64,000 bases of DNA from Desulfobulbaceae bacterium (GCA_013792005.1 VMSU01000028.1:104-64103); one strand, 5' to 3'; numbered from the stretch's first letter, positions 26,938 through 36,176 are shown. Numbers and translations are program-made. Notes: a model not told the origin generated them from the letters alone.

Positions 26938-28575
26938 TCAAGGATGCGAATTAGCGCCATCCTGCTGAAGTTTTAGCATCATCAGCAATTTATGGGCAGC
27001 GTCTCTGATCTCAATGAGATCGCTTTTGGCCGGCGCGTTTCCATACCAGTGGGCATAATCCGGATTACTGTGACCAACCCCAAGGATCATGAGTTCAAGG
27101 CATTTCTCTAAATCAGACAGGTATTGGAGTAATCGTTTCATGAGCACTTCTGCCACTTGTTGGTTATGCCCAAAGTCTGCCAGTAGACGTAAAGAGCCGC
27201 TCGTATCCTGTTGAACAATCTTAGCGTTAATCAACTCTCCGACTACGCTGTCTGCATCCTTCTTCAAACTTTGGGCATGCTGCTTTATTGTCGACAGATC
27301 TTTAATGAATTGTGAGGTTTGAACCGTTGTGTGGCATGCGCCGCAGAGTTTTTCCCAATCAGCATTTGCCTTGTCGCCGGTCGGATGACAGGTGGCGCAG
27401 GCCGGTTTTTGCCGTTGATCGGGTAATACCCCGTGAAACGAGGATTCGTAGGTCACTTGATAGATAGGGCCGGGAACAGGGATAACTGAGGGAAGGGAGA
27501 TAAGCGAGAGCACGGCATTTTGGGCTGCCAACTCCTCAAGCATCTGGGCTTCGGCCTGTAACTCCTCCAGATGTTTTTGCAAGGGGATCAAGCCTTGGTA
27601 GGCAGCCATTTTAAAATCTTGATGATAGGCGCCTTGGCTCAGATGAATTTGCAAATACTTTTGCATTTCAAAGTAAATTTTCTCTGCTCGGGAGGTATCT
27701 TCATACAATTGGTGAGCGCCAAGAACAAGGGCCTTGCCATCTACCGGGTTAGGTTGCCGATCCTTGGGTGCGGGATAGAGCAGGTTGTTTTTGTTCAATT
27801 GCTCAATGATTATTCGACCGGATGCCAGCAATTGTTTTCCCTTTTGATCCAGCATGACAGCGCCATCCACCCATTTACGAGTGAACGGTTGGTCATGGCA
27901 CTTAACGCATTCCTTGTCAATATACTCACTGCTCAGCCGATCTAGATTCTTATTGGCGTTATGGGTGCCTGGCAGATGGCAACTGGCACAGGTAGAGGGT
28001 GTAAAGTGGTGCCCCGATTTTTGATATGCCTCCATCTGTGGATGATCAGGTCCCATGTGGCAGGTGTAGCAGGACTGTGGTCGTGCGGCCTCAGCCTTGG
28101 AGAAAGTATGTCTTGCATGGCAGAAATCACAGCGTCCGTCATTCTCTCCATAGCCTATTCGGTGGCAGGATTCGCAACCTTGTCTTTTAACCACGTCAGG
28201 CTGTTTTTGATAGCGGGCGTTCGCCTGCATGTTCTCCCATGATTTGCTATGATCGCTGGTCAGGAATTCCTCTGTTTCCTTTTGATGGCATTTCTGGCAG
28301 GCCGAACGGGCGGTCACCACGGACATCTTTTGGTGGTCAGCGCCATGGCAGTCGGTACAACCAACATCATTCTTACCATGAGCGCCTGACATATGTTCCT
28401 GATAAATCCTGGTGGTGGTCTTCTGATGACATTCCTCACAACTCATCTTTGAACTGATAATTTCTTCTATGGCCATCACCGGTTTTTCCTGAGCCAAACA
28501 GGAACCCTGGAGTGATAGAGTCAACCACCCCAACGCGGCTATAACGTGGCAAGCGATTTTTACCGTATAATTCAT
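26938..28575 (-). CDS. Periplasmic decahaem c-type cytochrome, hydroxylamine oxidoreductase (HAO) family-like
   Basis: Signal peptide. Ten CxxCH motifs counted by hand (CEECH, CTDCH, CQKCH, CESCH, CDFCH, CYTCH, CASCH, CVKCH, CATCH, CGACH). HAO-type signature 'CDFCHARHTFSKAEAARPQSCYTCHMGPDHPQMEAYQKSGH'. Confidence 0.7.
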   Translation of the reverse strand: MNYTVKIACHVIAALGWLTLSLQGSCLAQEKPVMAIEEIISSKMSCEECHQKTTTRIYQEHMSGAHGKNDVGCTDCHGADHQKMSVVTARSACQKCHQKETEEFLTSDHSKSWENMQANARYQKQPDVVKRQGCESCHRIGYGENDGRCDFCHARHTFSKAEAARPQSCYTCHMGPDHPQMEAYQKSGHHFTPSTCASCHLPGTHNANKNLDRLSSEYIDKECVKCHDQPFTRKWVDGAVMLDQKGKQLLASGRIIIEQLNKNNLLYPAPKDRQPNPVDGKALVLGAHQLYEDTSRAEKIYFEMQKYLQIHLSQGAYHQDFKMAAYQGLIPLQKHLEELQAEAQMLEELAAQNAVLSLISLPSVIPVPGPIYQVTYESSFHGVLPDQRQKPACATCHPTGDKANADWEKLCGACHTTVQTSQFIKDLSTIKQHAQSLKKDADSVVGELINAKIVQQDTSGSLRLLADFGHNQQVAEVLMKRLLQYLSDLEKCLELMILGVGHSNPDYAHWYGNAPAKSDLIEIRDAAHKLLMMLKLQQDGANSHP

Positions 28576-28610
28576 TTGCGGAGCCTCTTTGACAAGTTAG
28601 GAAAAATTAA

Positions 28611-29825
28611 CTACCGGACTCCGCTGCCTCCATATTCCTTACAACTTAAAGCGAATTCCTTACCGAAACGAATGCTATTGGTAACCGCCTCATCACTGGG
28701 GTTCCACTTCTCTCGAATGCCATCATTTACCAGTTGGAAGCCACTTGCTGTGAGTTTTTCGGATATGATCTTCACAGCCTCTCCACTCCATCCATAGCAT
28801 CCAAAGGCAGCTGCCTTTTTATTCTTGAATTTCAGCCCCTTGATTTCTTCGAGAAGGGCGGCGACAGAGGAGAGAATGCCATTATTGATGGTAGGAGAGC
28901 CGATCAGAATCCCTTTTGATTTGAAAATTTCTGTGATTAGATCATTCTTGTCTGAACGCGCTATGTTGAACAATTTTACGGCAACTGTAGGATCTGCGGT
29001 GGTGATTCCTTGGGTGATGGCCTCGGCCATCCGTCGTGTCCCGTCCCACATGCTATCATAGGCTACGGTAATTTGATCTTCGGCATAGTTGTTTGCCCAT
29101 TCCACGTATTTGGTGACAATCTGCAACGGCTCTTTTCGCCACATAACCCCATGACTTGGACAGATCATCTCCACCGGCACATTCAAGGCAAGAACCTCCT
29201 TAATTTTTTTGTCGACCAGGGCGCTGAATGGGGTCAAAATGTTGGCATAATACTTTATCGCCTCCTGAAACAATTCCCCCTGATCGACAAGATCGTTGTA
29301 CATCAACTCGGAAGCGATATGCTGGCCAAAGGCATCATTACTGAACAGAATGTTATCTTCAGTAAGATAGGACATCATGCTATCCGGCCAGTGCAACATC
29401 TTTGCTTCAATAAAGATTAGTTGTTTTGATCCCAAGTTGAGTGAATCGCCAGTCTTGATAATCTGAAAATTCCAATCCTGATGATAATGACCTTTGATGA
29501 TGTTTACCCCGTTTGCCGTGCAGTAGATCGGGGTGTCGGGGATATGACGCATTAATTCCGGCAGGGCGCCGCTATGGTCAGACTCGGCATGATTAATAAC
29601 AATGAAATCAATCGCTCCAAGGGGGATCTCTTTTTGCAGTTTGGTGACGAACTCAGCAGAAAATTTCCCCCACACCGTATCTATCAACGCTGTCTTTTCA
29701 TCCCTGACCAGATAGGAATTATAACTTGAACCGCGATGCGTCGAATATTCTTCACCATGAAATTTTCGTAATTCCCAGTCAACCTTCCCGATCCAGGAAA
29801 TGTTTTTATTTATAGTAAAGCCCAT
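28611..29825 (-). CDS. fprA: FprA-family flavodiiron protein (A-type flavoprotein; O2/NO reductase)
   Basis: Metallo-beta-lactamase-like diiron motif 'INHAESDHSG', C-terminal flavodoxin 'LIGSPTINNGIL', AAGGAG RBS. Confidence 0.9.
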   Translation of the reverse strand: MGFTINKNISWIGKVDWELRKFHGEEYSTHRGSSYNSYLVRDEKTALIDTVWGKFSAEFVTKLQKEIPLGAIDFIVINHAESDHSGALPELMRHIPDTPIYCTANGVNIIKGHYHQDWNFQIIKTGDSLNLGSKQLIFIEAKMLHWPDSMMSYLTEDNILFSNDAFGQHIASELMYNDLVDQGELFQEAIKYYANILTPFSALVDKKIKEVLALNVPVEMICPSHGVMWRKEPLQIVTKYVEWANNYAEDQITVAYDSMWDGTRRMAEAITQGITTADPTVAVKLFNIARSDKNDLITEIFKSKGILIGSPTINNGILSSVAALLEEIKGLKFKNKKAAAFGCYGWSGEAVKIISEKLTASGFQLVNDGIREKWNPSDEAVTNSIRFGKEFALSCKEYGGSGVR

Positions 29826-29874
29826 GGCAATCTCCTTGTGGTGATTATGTTGTGTTTATTAGTAATTTCACAGA

Positions 29875-30273
29875 TCAATCTGAGTCGGTGTCGAGTACAT
29901 GACGAACCATCTTAGCCATCCCGTGACTTTTTGCGAGACCATCAATACTCTCACTGGAATAGCCTGAAATGAAAATTATTTTGATCCGCTGTGAACGATC
30001 CTTGACGAGTTCAGCGAGCATAGTTCCTCGTCGTGCCGGCATAACCACATCCGTATTGTGTTATGGACAGCACAAGGTATCGATGGAGTTTGGTGTTCCA
30101 TCCACATTGGTATGATGCCAGAGTGTGTGGCTTTCCTGTCCGAGGAGTTCATCCATGGAATAACCGAGCATCCGTTGGGCTGCTGGATTGGCAAAACTGT
30201 GGCATCCTTTCTTGTCTATACCTAATAAGAGATCTGTGCTTGTCCTGACTTTTCGTAAACGTTCACCGGGCAC
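29875..30273 (-). pseudogene. Decayed hybrid sensor kinase remnant (PAS fragment fused in frame to the C-terminal half of a receiver domain)
   Basis: One minus-strand frame reads 'DLLLGIDKKGCHSFANPAAQRMLGYSMDELLGQESHTLWHHTNVDGTPNSIDTLCCP'. A TAA follows at 30061-30063. Then comes 'DVVMPARRGTMLAELVKDRSQRIKIIFISGYSSESI', which runs straight into a MITE end. No HisKA/HATPase lies between them. Confidence 0.6.
29911..29945 (+). repeat. MITE-like repeat family, copy E (solo terminal fragment)
   Basis: 'cttagccatcccgtgactttttgcgagaccatcaa' matches the right ends of copies A and B and the left end of D. The preceding sequence is unrelated to the family. Confidence 0.65.
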
Positions 30274-30444
30274 CCATCTGCTTTGTCAGCAGCCTGCTTA
30301 TGTGCAACAAGCACACTTCGCAGACCGCTTTATTGACCGACGAAGCGGGTCAATATAAATCGCGCATCCGGGGCACCCGGTAAACGTTTACAGTCCGTTG
30401 AAATCCGCACGTTCAACGCTTCTGGTGAACGATTACGACTTTTC
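30247..30444. repeat. Divergent MITE-like element, copy F
   Basis: Inverted ends 'gacttttcgtaaacgttcacc'(30247-30267) and 'ggtgaacgattacgacttttc'(30424-30444). The 53-nt core 30274-30326 is about 80% identical by hand count to 41143-41196 and includes the palindrome TGTGCAACAAGCACA (30301-30315). Size is similar to the canonical copies. Confidence 0.4.
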
Positions 30445-32026
30445 AACAAAGTACGGAGAGAGTGACCTGAAAAATCACTCCACCCAGGGGGAGATTGGTT
30501 GCCGTAACTCCACCGCCATGCTGCTCGGCTAACTCCCTGACAATGGCAAGCCCCAGCCCGGAGCCCTCGGTTTGCCGAGTCCCGGATGGTCGATGAAAGG
30601 GGTCGAAGATCCTTTCGCCGTCCTCGCAGCGTAACCCAATCCCGTTATCGGCTACCGTAAGGAGATGCCGGTCGCCATCGCTATTGTATCCGAAAGAAAT
30701 TTCGCTTAACCTATCGCCACCATATTTCAAAGAGTTGTCGACCAGATTACGCAAAATACGCAGCAGGGCCAGGCGGTCAGCCATGAGCGTTGGACAATAT
30801 TCCGGCTCGATCCAGGAGATGGCGCGTTCCTTAAGTTGGCAGTCAAACTCGGTCCGGAGGTCTCGAAGAATACTCTTAAGATTCACCGCCTCGACAAGAA
30901 GAGAGGCATTGCCGGCGGAGATATAGTCGTTGATCTTTCCCGTCAGTTCGGCAAGCTGATGTGCTGCCCTGACAATCTGTTCGCAGCAAGCCTTACCCCG
31001 GTTGTCAAGGAGGTGGCGGTATCGTTTGTCAAGAAGTCGGCATAGCCCTTCAATGGCAATCGCCGGACTTTTGAGGTCATGGGAAATCGAATAGGCAAAG
31101 AGCTTAATCTTTTCCGAACTTCTGGACAGGGCATCCTCTGCCCTTTGGCGTTCAAGGATTTCCGTCTGGAGTTCGTAGTTCATCCCGCGAAGATCTCTGG
31201 TTCGTTCTTTGACCATCTCCTCCAGGTGATTCCGGTATTGGGTCAATGCCTGCTCATTCCGTTTTCGTTCAGTACAGTCCTCGACCATCTCGATTGCCGC
31301 AATTACTTCTCCTGCCTCGCCATGAATCGGTGAGGATATGATTCGATAGTTCCGGATCACTTCCCCATCGGGGGTTTCGGTTACCGCTTCGTGAACCAGC
31401 CCGTCGCGTAACGTTTTAGAGGTTGGGCAATAGCTACAGATTCCTTGACGAGGCGGATTATTGAATGAGTGGTAGCAGACCGGCTTTAGAGAGATATTGA
31501 TCAAGGGAAACCATTGCCGCATCTGACGATTCAGAGAGAGAATGCGCATCTCCGGACTGATGACGGCGACCCCGATACCGATATTGTCCACCACGCTTTG
31601 ATATTTGTCTTCATTTTCCTTCAGCCGCTTACCAACATTGAGGATCTCGGTGATATTGCGCATCAGCACGATAACTCCAGACTCCCGACATTGCCCATTA
31701 TTGACCGGAATAATGGTGGTCTCCACCGCCAACTCGGCCCCAAACCCATCAACAAAAGAAAGGACTTCTTCTTGTCTTATGGCTTCCACGCAATGGAGAT
31801 ACAATGACGACTGATGTTTTCCAGCAGTACTGGTTAGCTGCTGGGTGAACACCTCAGAACAGTGGTGTCCCAAGACATCTTGATCAGAGACACCAAGCAT
31901 TGCTAGCAGAGAAGGATTTATTTCCCGTAGGATCAAATTATGATCAAGCCATGCCATGCCAACTGGCAAACTGGAGGCAATCCCTGGGATAAGGTCAGGA
32001 TTTGTGCATAGCAGATTGGCGAACAT
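30443..32026 (-). CDS. PAS-domain sensor histidine kinase (cytoplasmic)
   Basis: H-box 'YSISHDLKSPAIAIEG'. ATPase 'VADNGIGL..GSGLGLAIVRELAEQHGG'. PAS region carrying Cys motif 'CSYCPTSK'. Confidence 0.9.
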   Translation of the reverse strand: MFANLLCTNPDLIPGIASSLPVGMAWLDHNLILREINPSLLAMLGVSDQDVLGHHCSEVFTQQLTSTAGKHQSSLYLHCVEAIRQEEVLSFVDGFGAELAVETTIIPVNNGQCRESGVIVLMRNITEILNVGKRLKENEDKYQSVVDNIGIGVAVISPEMRILSLNRQMRQWFPLINISLKPVCYHSFNNPPRQGICSYCPTSKTLRDGLVHEAVTETPDGEVIRNYRIISSPIHGEAGEVIAAIEMVEDCTERKRNEQALTQYRNHLEEMVKERTRDLRGMNYELQTEILERQRAEDALSRSSEKIKLFAYSISHDLKSPAIAIEGLCRLLDKRYRHLLDNRGKACCEQIVRAAHQLAELTGKINDYISAGNASLLVEAVNLKSILRDLRTEFDCQLKERAISWIEPEYCPTLMADRLALLRILRNLVDNSLKYGGDRLSEISFGYNSDGDRHLLTVADNGIGLRCEDGERIFDPFHRPSGTRQTEGSGLGLAIVRELAEQHGGGVTATNLPLGGVIFQVTLSVLC

Positions 32027-32111
32027 CTCTCTCTCCTGTGTTTAAGTCTTCGACACAATCAACCATATCTTTCACTCTTGACTCTCTTCAACGTTGAATA
32101 TGAACGAATCA

Positions 32112-32789
32112 TTACAAATGAACATCCTCCTGAGGCTCGGAGTAAAATTCAGGGTACAATTTCTTGGCACACTCAGGGCAGATACCATGACTGAATTCTG
32201 CCTCGGAATGATCCCTTATGTAAGCTTCAATTTGATTCCAGGCTCCTTTGTCATCCCTTATTTTTTTGCATGAGGCGCAGATCGGTAAAAAACCTTGCAG
32301 TATTCTGATCTGGGCTAACGCCTCCTCCCGTTCACGGACTGCCTGAGCCTTTTTTTCTTCTATGAATTTTCTCTGCAACGATAAAACGGTCGTAACCCAA
32401 ATAGCAAATAGGGCCAGCGCTCGGTTCGTTAACACCTTCCATATCTCACCGCCTGGCGGTGAGAAAAATAATCCAAGAATTGTTAATATGGAACAGAGGA
32501 CTGCTACCATGACAGTGAAGTGGCGCTTTTTGTGCCAAAGAGAGAGCAGAACGACCGAGATATAAGGAACCCCGGCAGCCACCCCTAAAGGAAGGGCCAG
32601 ATCAACACTAAAAAGAACCAACGTCAGTATGGCATAGCCAACGACGAGCAACCGATTCCTCCTTGCCGTCTCTTCCGCAAGTTGCTGTTTTGTCTGCTCA
32701 GATTGGTTGCAAACTCCTATTGCTGTGGGCGTCATTTTGGACCCATACATTTCATCGTATATGTTCAATATTTCCCTCGTGGTTGTCAT
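32112..32789 (-). CDS. Membrane protein with C-terminal Cys4 'CxxCKKIRD...GICPxC' module
   Basis: Four hydrophobic helices, a coiled segment, then 'ICASCKKIRDDKGAWNQIEAYIRDHSEAEFSHGICPECAKKLY'. Start uncertain: TTG 32807, ATG 32789 or ATG 32735. Confidence 0.6.
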   Translation of the reverse strand: MTTTREILNIYDEMYGSKMTPTAIGVCNQSEQTKQQLAEETARRNRLLVVGYAILTLVLFSVDLALPLGVAAGVPYISVVLLSLWHKKRHFTVMVAVLCSILTILGLFFSPPGGEIWKVLTNRALALFAIWVTTVLSLQRKFIEEKKAQAVREREEALAQIRILQGFLPICASCKKIRDDKGAWNQIEAYIRDHSEAEFSHGICPECAKKLYPEFYSEPQEDVHL

Positions 32790-32991
32790 TATTTCAAGAG
32801 ACAGCAAGTCATTTACTGCACGATGTTCGCATCAGGGGCTCAATAATAGGTTTCTGGTTTCGATAGCTGGAGCGCCTGCAAAAAGCGTATGTTATTTTTT
32901 AGAGGCCCCCTGTTGGTAGCGGTCGTTCTCGACTCTTTTCGTTTCGGATCCCTAATCAAAGCAAGGCGCTGCAGAGATCGCCAGGGATTGA

Positions 32992-34074
32992 CTAGGTGTT
33001 GCTGTTGTATATCGCCGCGAACTCATGATGAAGGTCCCGAAAGGCCTCATGGATCCTTGGGTCGAAGTGATCGGGCATGGTGCGACCGTCACCCTTGATG
33101 AGTATTTTGCAAGTCGTCTCGTGATCAAAGGCCGGTTTGTATGGTCGGGAGCTACGTAAGGCGTCGTATTGGTCGGCAATGTTCATCAGTCGGGCGGCCT
33201 GGGGAATCTCCTCGCCCCGCAGGCCATGCGGATAGCCATGACCGTCCCAGCGTTCATGGTGGCTCAGGGCGATCTGTTCACCCATTATGATGTACTGTGA
33301 TGTCGAGCCGGTTAGGATGCTCCCGCCAATGAGCGTATGGTTCTTCATCAGAGCGAACTCCTCGTTGTTGAGCTTGCCGCGTTTAAGCAGGATATCGGAA
33401 GGGATGCCGATCTTGCCGATGTCATGCATGGGGGCGGCATAGGAGATAACTTCCACCTCCTCTGCAGACCAGCCTAGTGCCGTAGCCAGAAGGGCGCAGT
33501 AGGTCCCCACCCGCTTGATGTGCGAGGCCGTTTCTTCGTCCTTGAATTCAGCGGCGATGGTGAGCCGTAATACCGTGTCATGATAACTTTCTTTCAGTTG
33601 TTCTCTTGATTCGTGCAATTGGGCAGTGCGGGCCAAGACCTCACTTTCCAGCAACTCGTTGTGTTGTTTTAAAAAATCACCGTAATCCTTAACCTGCAGC
33701 AGATTTTTGGTCCGGAGCATCAACTCGCTCTTGTCAATGGGCTTGGTCAGGAAATCGCTGGCGCCTGACTCCAGACCCTTCAGCCTGGAGTCCCGATCGG
33801 TCAAGGCTGTGACCATGACTACCGGGATCTCGCTGGTGGCCATATCGGCCTTGAGTTCCCGGCAGACAGAGTAGCCATTCATTTCCGGCATCATGATATC
33901 GAGAAAGATCAGGTCCGGGACATATTCTCTTACCATTGCCAGCGCCTCGGCGCCACTGGCAGCGACTGCAAAATCATAGCCGTAATGGCGCAGCATAACA
34001 CCCATCACCTTCCGGTTTTTTTCTTCATCATCAACGATGAGAATTTTATGTGGTGTGCTCCTGCTCCTTTCCAT
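32992..34074 (-). CDS. Response regulator with HD-GYP domain (c-di-GMP phosphodiesterase type)
   Basis: Receiver 'ILIVDDEEKNRKVM..DLIFLDIMMPEMNGY'. 'HDIGKIGIP' and 'HHERWDGHGYPHGL'. Confidence 0.9.
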   Translation of the reverse strand: MERSRSTPHKILIVDDEEKNRKVMGVMLRHYGYDFAVAASGAEALAMVREYVPDLIFLDIMMPEMNGYSVCRELKADMATSEIPVVMVTALTDRDSRLKGLESGASDFLTKPIDKSELMLRTKNLLQVKDYGDFLKQHNELLESEVLARTAQLHESREQLKESYHDTVLRLTIAAEFKDEETASHIKRVGTYCALLATALGWSAEEVEVISYAAPMHDIGKIGIPSDILLKRGKLNNEEFALMKNHTLIGGSILTGSTSQYIIMGEQIALSHHERWDGHGYPHGLRGEEIPQAARLMNIADQYDALRSSRPYKPAFDHETTCKILIKGDGRTMPDHFDPRIHEAFRDLHHEFAAIYNSNT

Positions 34075-34106
34075 TGCCGTCCTCCTTCTGCTCTATTGAG
34101 CGTGTC

Positions 34107-36176
34107 CTACTGATTACTCTTGGCCGTGACCGGAACAAACAAGCTGAAACGACTTCCTTCGCCCACGGTGCTGTCGACCTCAATCCGGCCGCCAAGCAAG
34201 TCCAGGAACCGTTTACAGAGAACTAGGCCTAGCCCAAGTCCCTGATACGATTTGCTGACTGAGGAGTCCCCCTGCTGAAAGGGCAAAAAAAGCCGCTCCT
34301 GCTGTTCTTTGCTGATGCCGATCCCGGTATCCCACACGGTGATCCGTATCATTTCCTCTTCTTTCCCGGCATTAATGCCGACAGTGCCGCCGCTTGCGGT
34401 GAACTTGACCGCGTTCTCCACCAGTCTCTCCATCACCTTGGTCAATATCCTTGCATCACTGTTAATCATGCCAACTGAGGTGTCCACCTGCATCTGTAAG
34501 ACGATATCGCGCTGCTTGGCCATTTCTCGGAAAAATTCCAGCCAAGAGTCAAGCAGGAGTGCAAGGTCAAAAAACTCGTGTTCAACCTCTGTCCTGGCCG
34601 CCTCAAGCAGCGAGAGATCAAGAATGTCGGTAATCAGCCCCAAGAGTCGGTGGCCGCTTTGCCGGATTTCTTCAAGATAGTCCTGCTGTTCGCGATTTAC
34701 CGGGCCGATCATGCCGTCCTGCATAATTTCGGCAAAGCCGATAATGGCGTTCAGCGGGGTTCGCACCTCATGGGACATGTTGGCCAGAAAGGTCGATTTT
34801 GCCTGGCTTGCCGCTTCCGCCGCATTTCTCGCCTGGCGCAGATCGTCCTCCAGCAACCGACGTTCGGTGGTATCGCGGCCTACCGCCTGAAATTCAATAA
34901 GCTTGCCGTGTTGGTCAAGAATGGCGCGGTCAATCCAATGCTGCCAGCGGATGCTGCCATCCGGTAAGACCACCCGGTGTTCGATGTCGGCGCTGGGCCG
35001 ATCCCGACCCAACGAACTAAGGTGCTCCTCTGTCTGCCTCCGGTCTCCCTCCTCCGGGAGCAGGGACATAAAGCTGTGGCCCACCAAGGCCTCTTTTGAT
35101 TGGCCGAAATAGCGGCAATAGGCCTCATTGACAAAGGTCAGAATCCAGTCGGGACGGAAGCGGCAGATCAGTTCGGTCTGATCTTCGACGATGGCGCGGT
35201 AGTTGGCCTCGCTCTCCCGCAACCGTTGCTCGCTGCGGCGGTGACCCAGGATCTCCTCTTGCAACCGAGCGTTGACCCGCAGAAGTTCAGCGGTACGTTC
35301 CGCAACCCGGGTCTCAAGTTTTTCCTTGGCCTGTCTCAACTCCTCCTCCACCTCATGCTGGGCGGTGAGGTCGCGGGCGTTTACCACCACCCCGGAGACC
35401 GCACCATCCGCTTCGACCACAGGGTAGTAGGCCACATCCATAAACAGCCGCCCGAGGCCGGCGAACTGAAACCACCCCTGATAGCGAACCTCCTCGCCCG
35501 TCAGACACCGATCCAGTTTATCCTTCACCAATAGCTCAAAGGTCTCCTGTCCGAGCATTTCCACAACGCTGCGCCCGACAATATCCTCGCGTCGATGCTG
35601 ATGGGCCAGCAGATAGGTATCATTGACCGCCCGATAGATATACTGGCGGTCCACCAGTGACATATGTTCGCGGGAGGTGGCGATGATTCGTTCATAGTCA
35701 CGTAGGACTTTTTCGGTCTGCTTTCTGGCGGTTATGTCCCGTTCGATGGCATAGATGTATTGCTTGCCGCTAACAAGAATCAGCTGGGCGGTCACCTCCA
35801 CGGTGATGAGCGTGCCGTCTTTGCGCGTGTGCACGGCCTCAAAAGTTTCCGCCTGTCCGCTCATCACTCGCCGAGTCCGGTCCGGGATATTGTGCCTGGT
35901 TTCAGGACTGTCGAGGATACTGATCGGTTGGCCGAGCAGTTCCGCCCGTCGGTAGCCATGGACCATGCAGGCCGCCTCGTTGAGATCGACAATAACCGGA
36001 ATGCCGTCGTCGCCTAATTCCAGGATCAGGATATAATCGGCGGTCTGCTCAAACAGGGCTCGGAATCGTTCCTCGGTCTGATGTAACTCACTATTTTCCT
36101 GCTGCAAAGCGGCGAGTTGTCCCTCCAATGTTTGGAGGCGGATTTTTAGCTCTGTATTGGTTGTCTGTTGACTCAC
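34107..36176 (-). CDS. Multi-PAS sensor histidine kinase
   Basis: GTG start. At least three PAS-like segments. H-box '[21 protein letters not shown]'. ATPase 'DTGIGI..GLGLGLVLCKRF'. Confidence 0.9.
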   Translation of the reverse strand: MSQQTTNTELKIRLQTLEGQLAALQQENSELHQTEERFRALFEQTADYILILELGDDGIPVIVDLNEAACMVHGYRRAELLGQPISILDSPETRHNIPDRTRRVMSGQAETFEAVHTRKDGTLITVEVTAQLILVSGKQYIYAIERDITARKQTEKVLRDYERIIATSREHMSLVDRQYIYRAVNDTYLLAHQHRREDIVGRSVVEMLGQETFELLVKDKLDRCLTGEEVRYQGWFQFAGLGRLFMDVAYYPVVEADGAVSGVVVNARDLTAQHEVEEELRQAKEKLETRVAERTAELLRVNARLQEEILGHRRSEQRLRESEANYRAIVEDQTELICRFRPDWILTFVNEAYCRYFGQSKEALVGHSFMSLLPEEGDRRQTEEHLSSLGRDRPSADIEHRVVLPDGSIRWQHWIDRAILDQHGKLIEFQAVGRDTTERRLLEDDLRQARNAAEAASQAKSTFLANMSHEVRTPLNAIIGFAEIMQDGMIGPVNREQQDYLEEIRQSGHRLLGLITDILDLSLLEAARTEVEHEFFDLALLLDSWLEFFREMAKQRDIVLQMQVDTSVGMINSDARILTKVMERLVENAVKFTASGGTVGINAGKEEEMIRITVWDTGIGISKEQQERLFLPFQQGDSSVSKSYQGLGLGLVLCKRFLDLLGGRIEVDSTVGEGSRFSLFVPVTAKSNQ

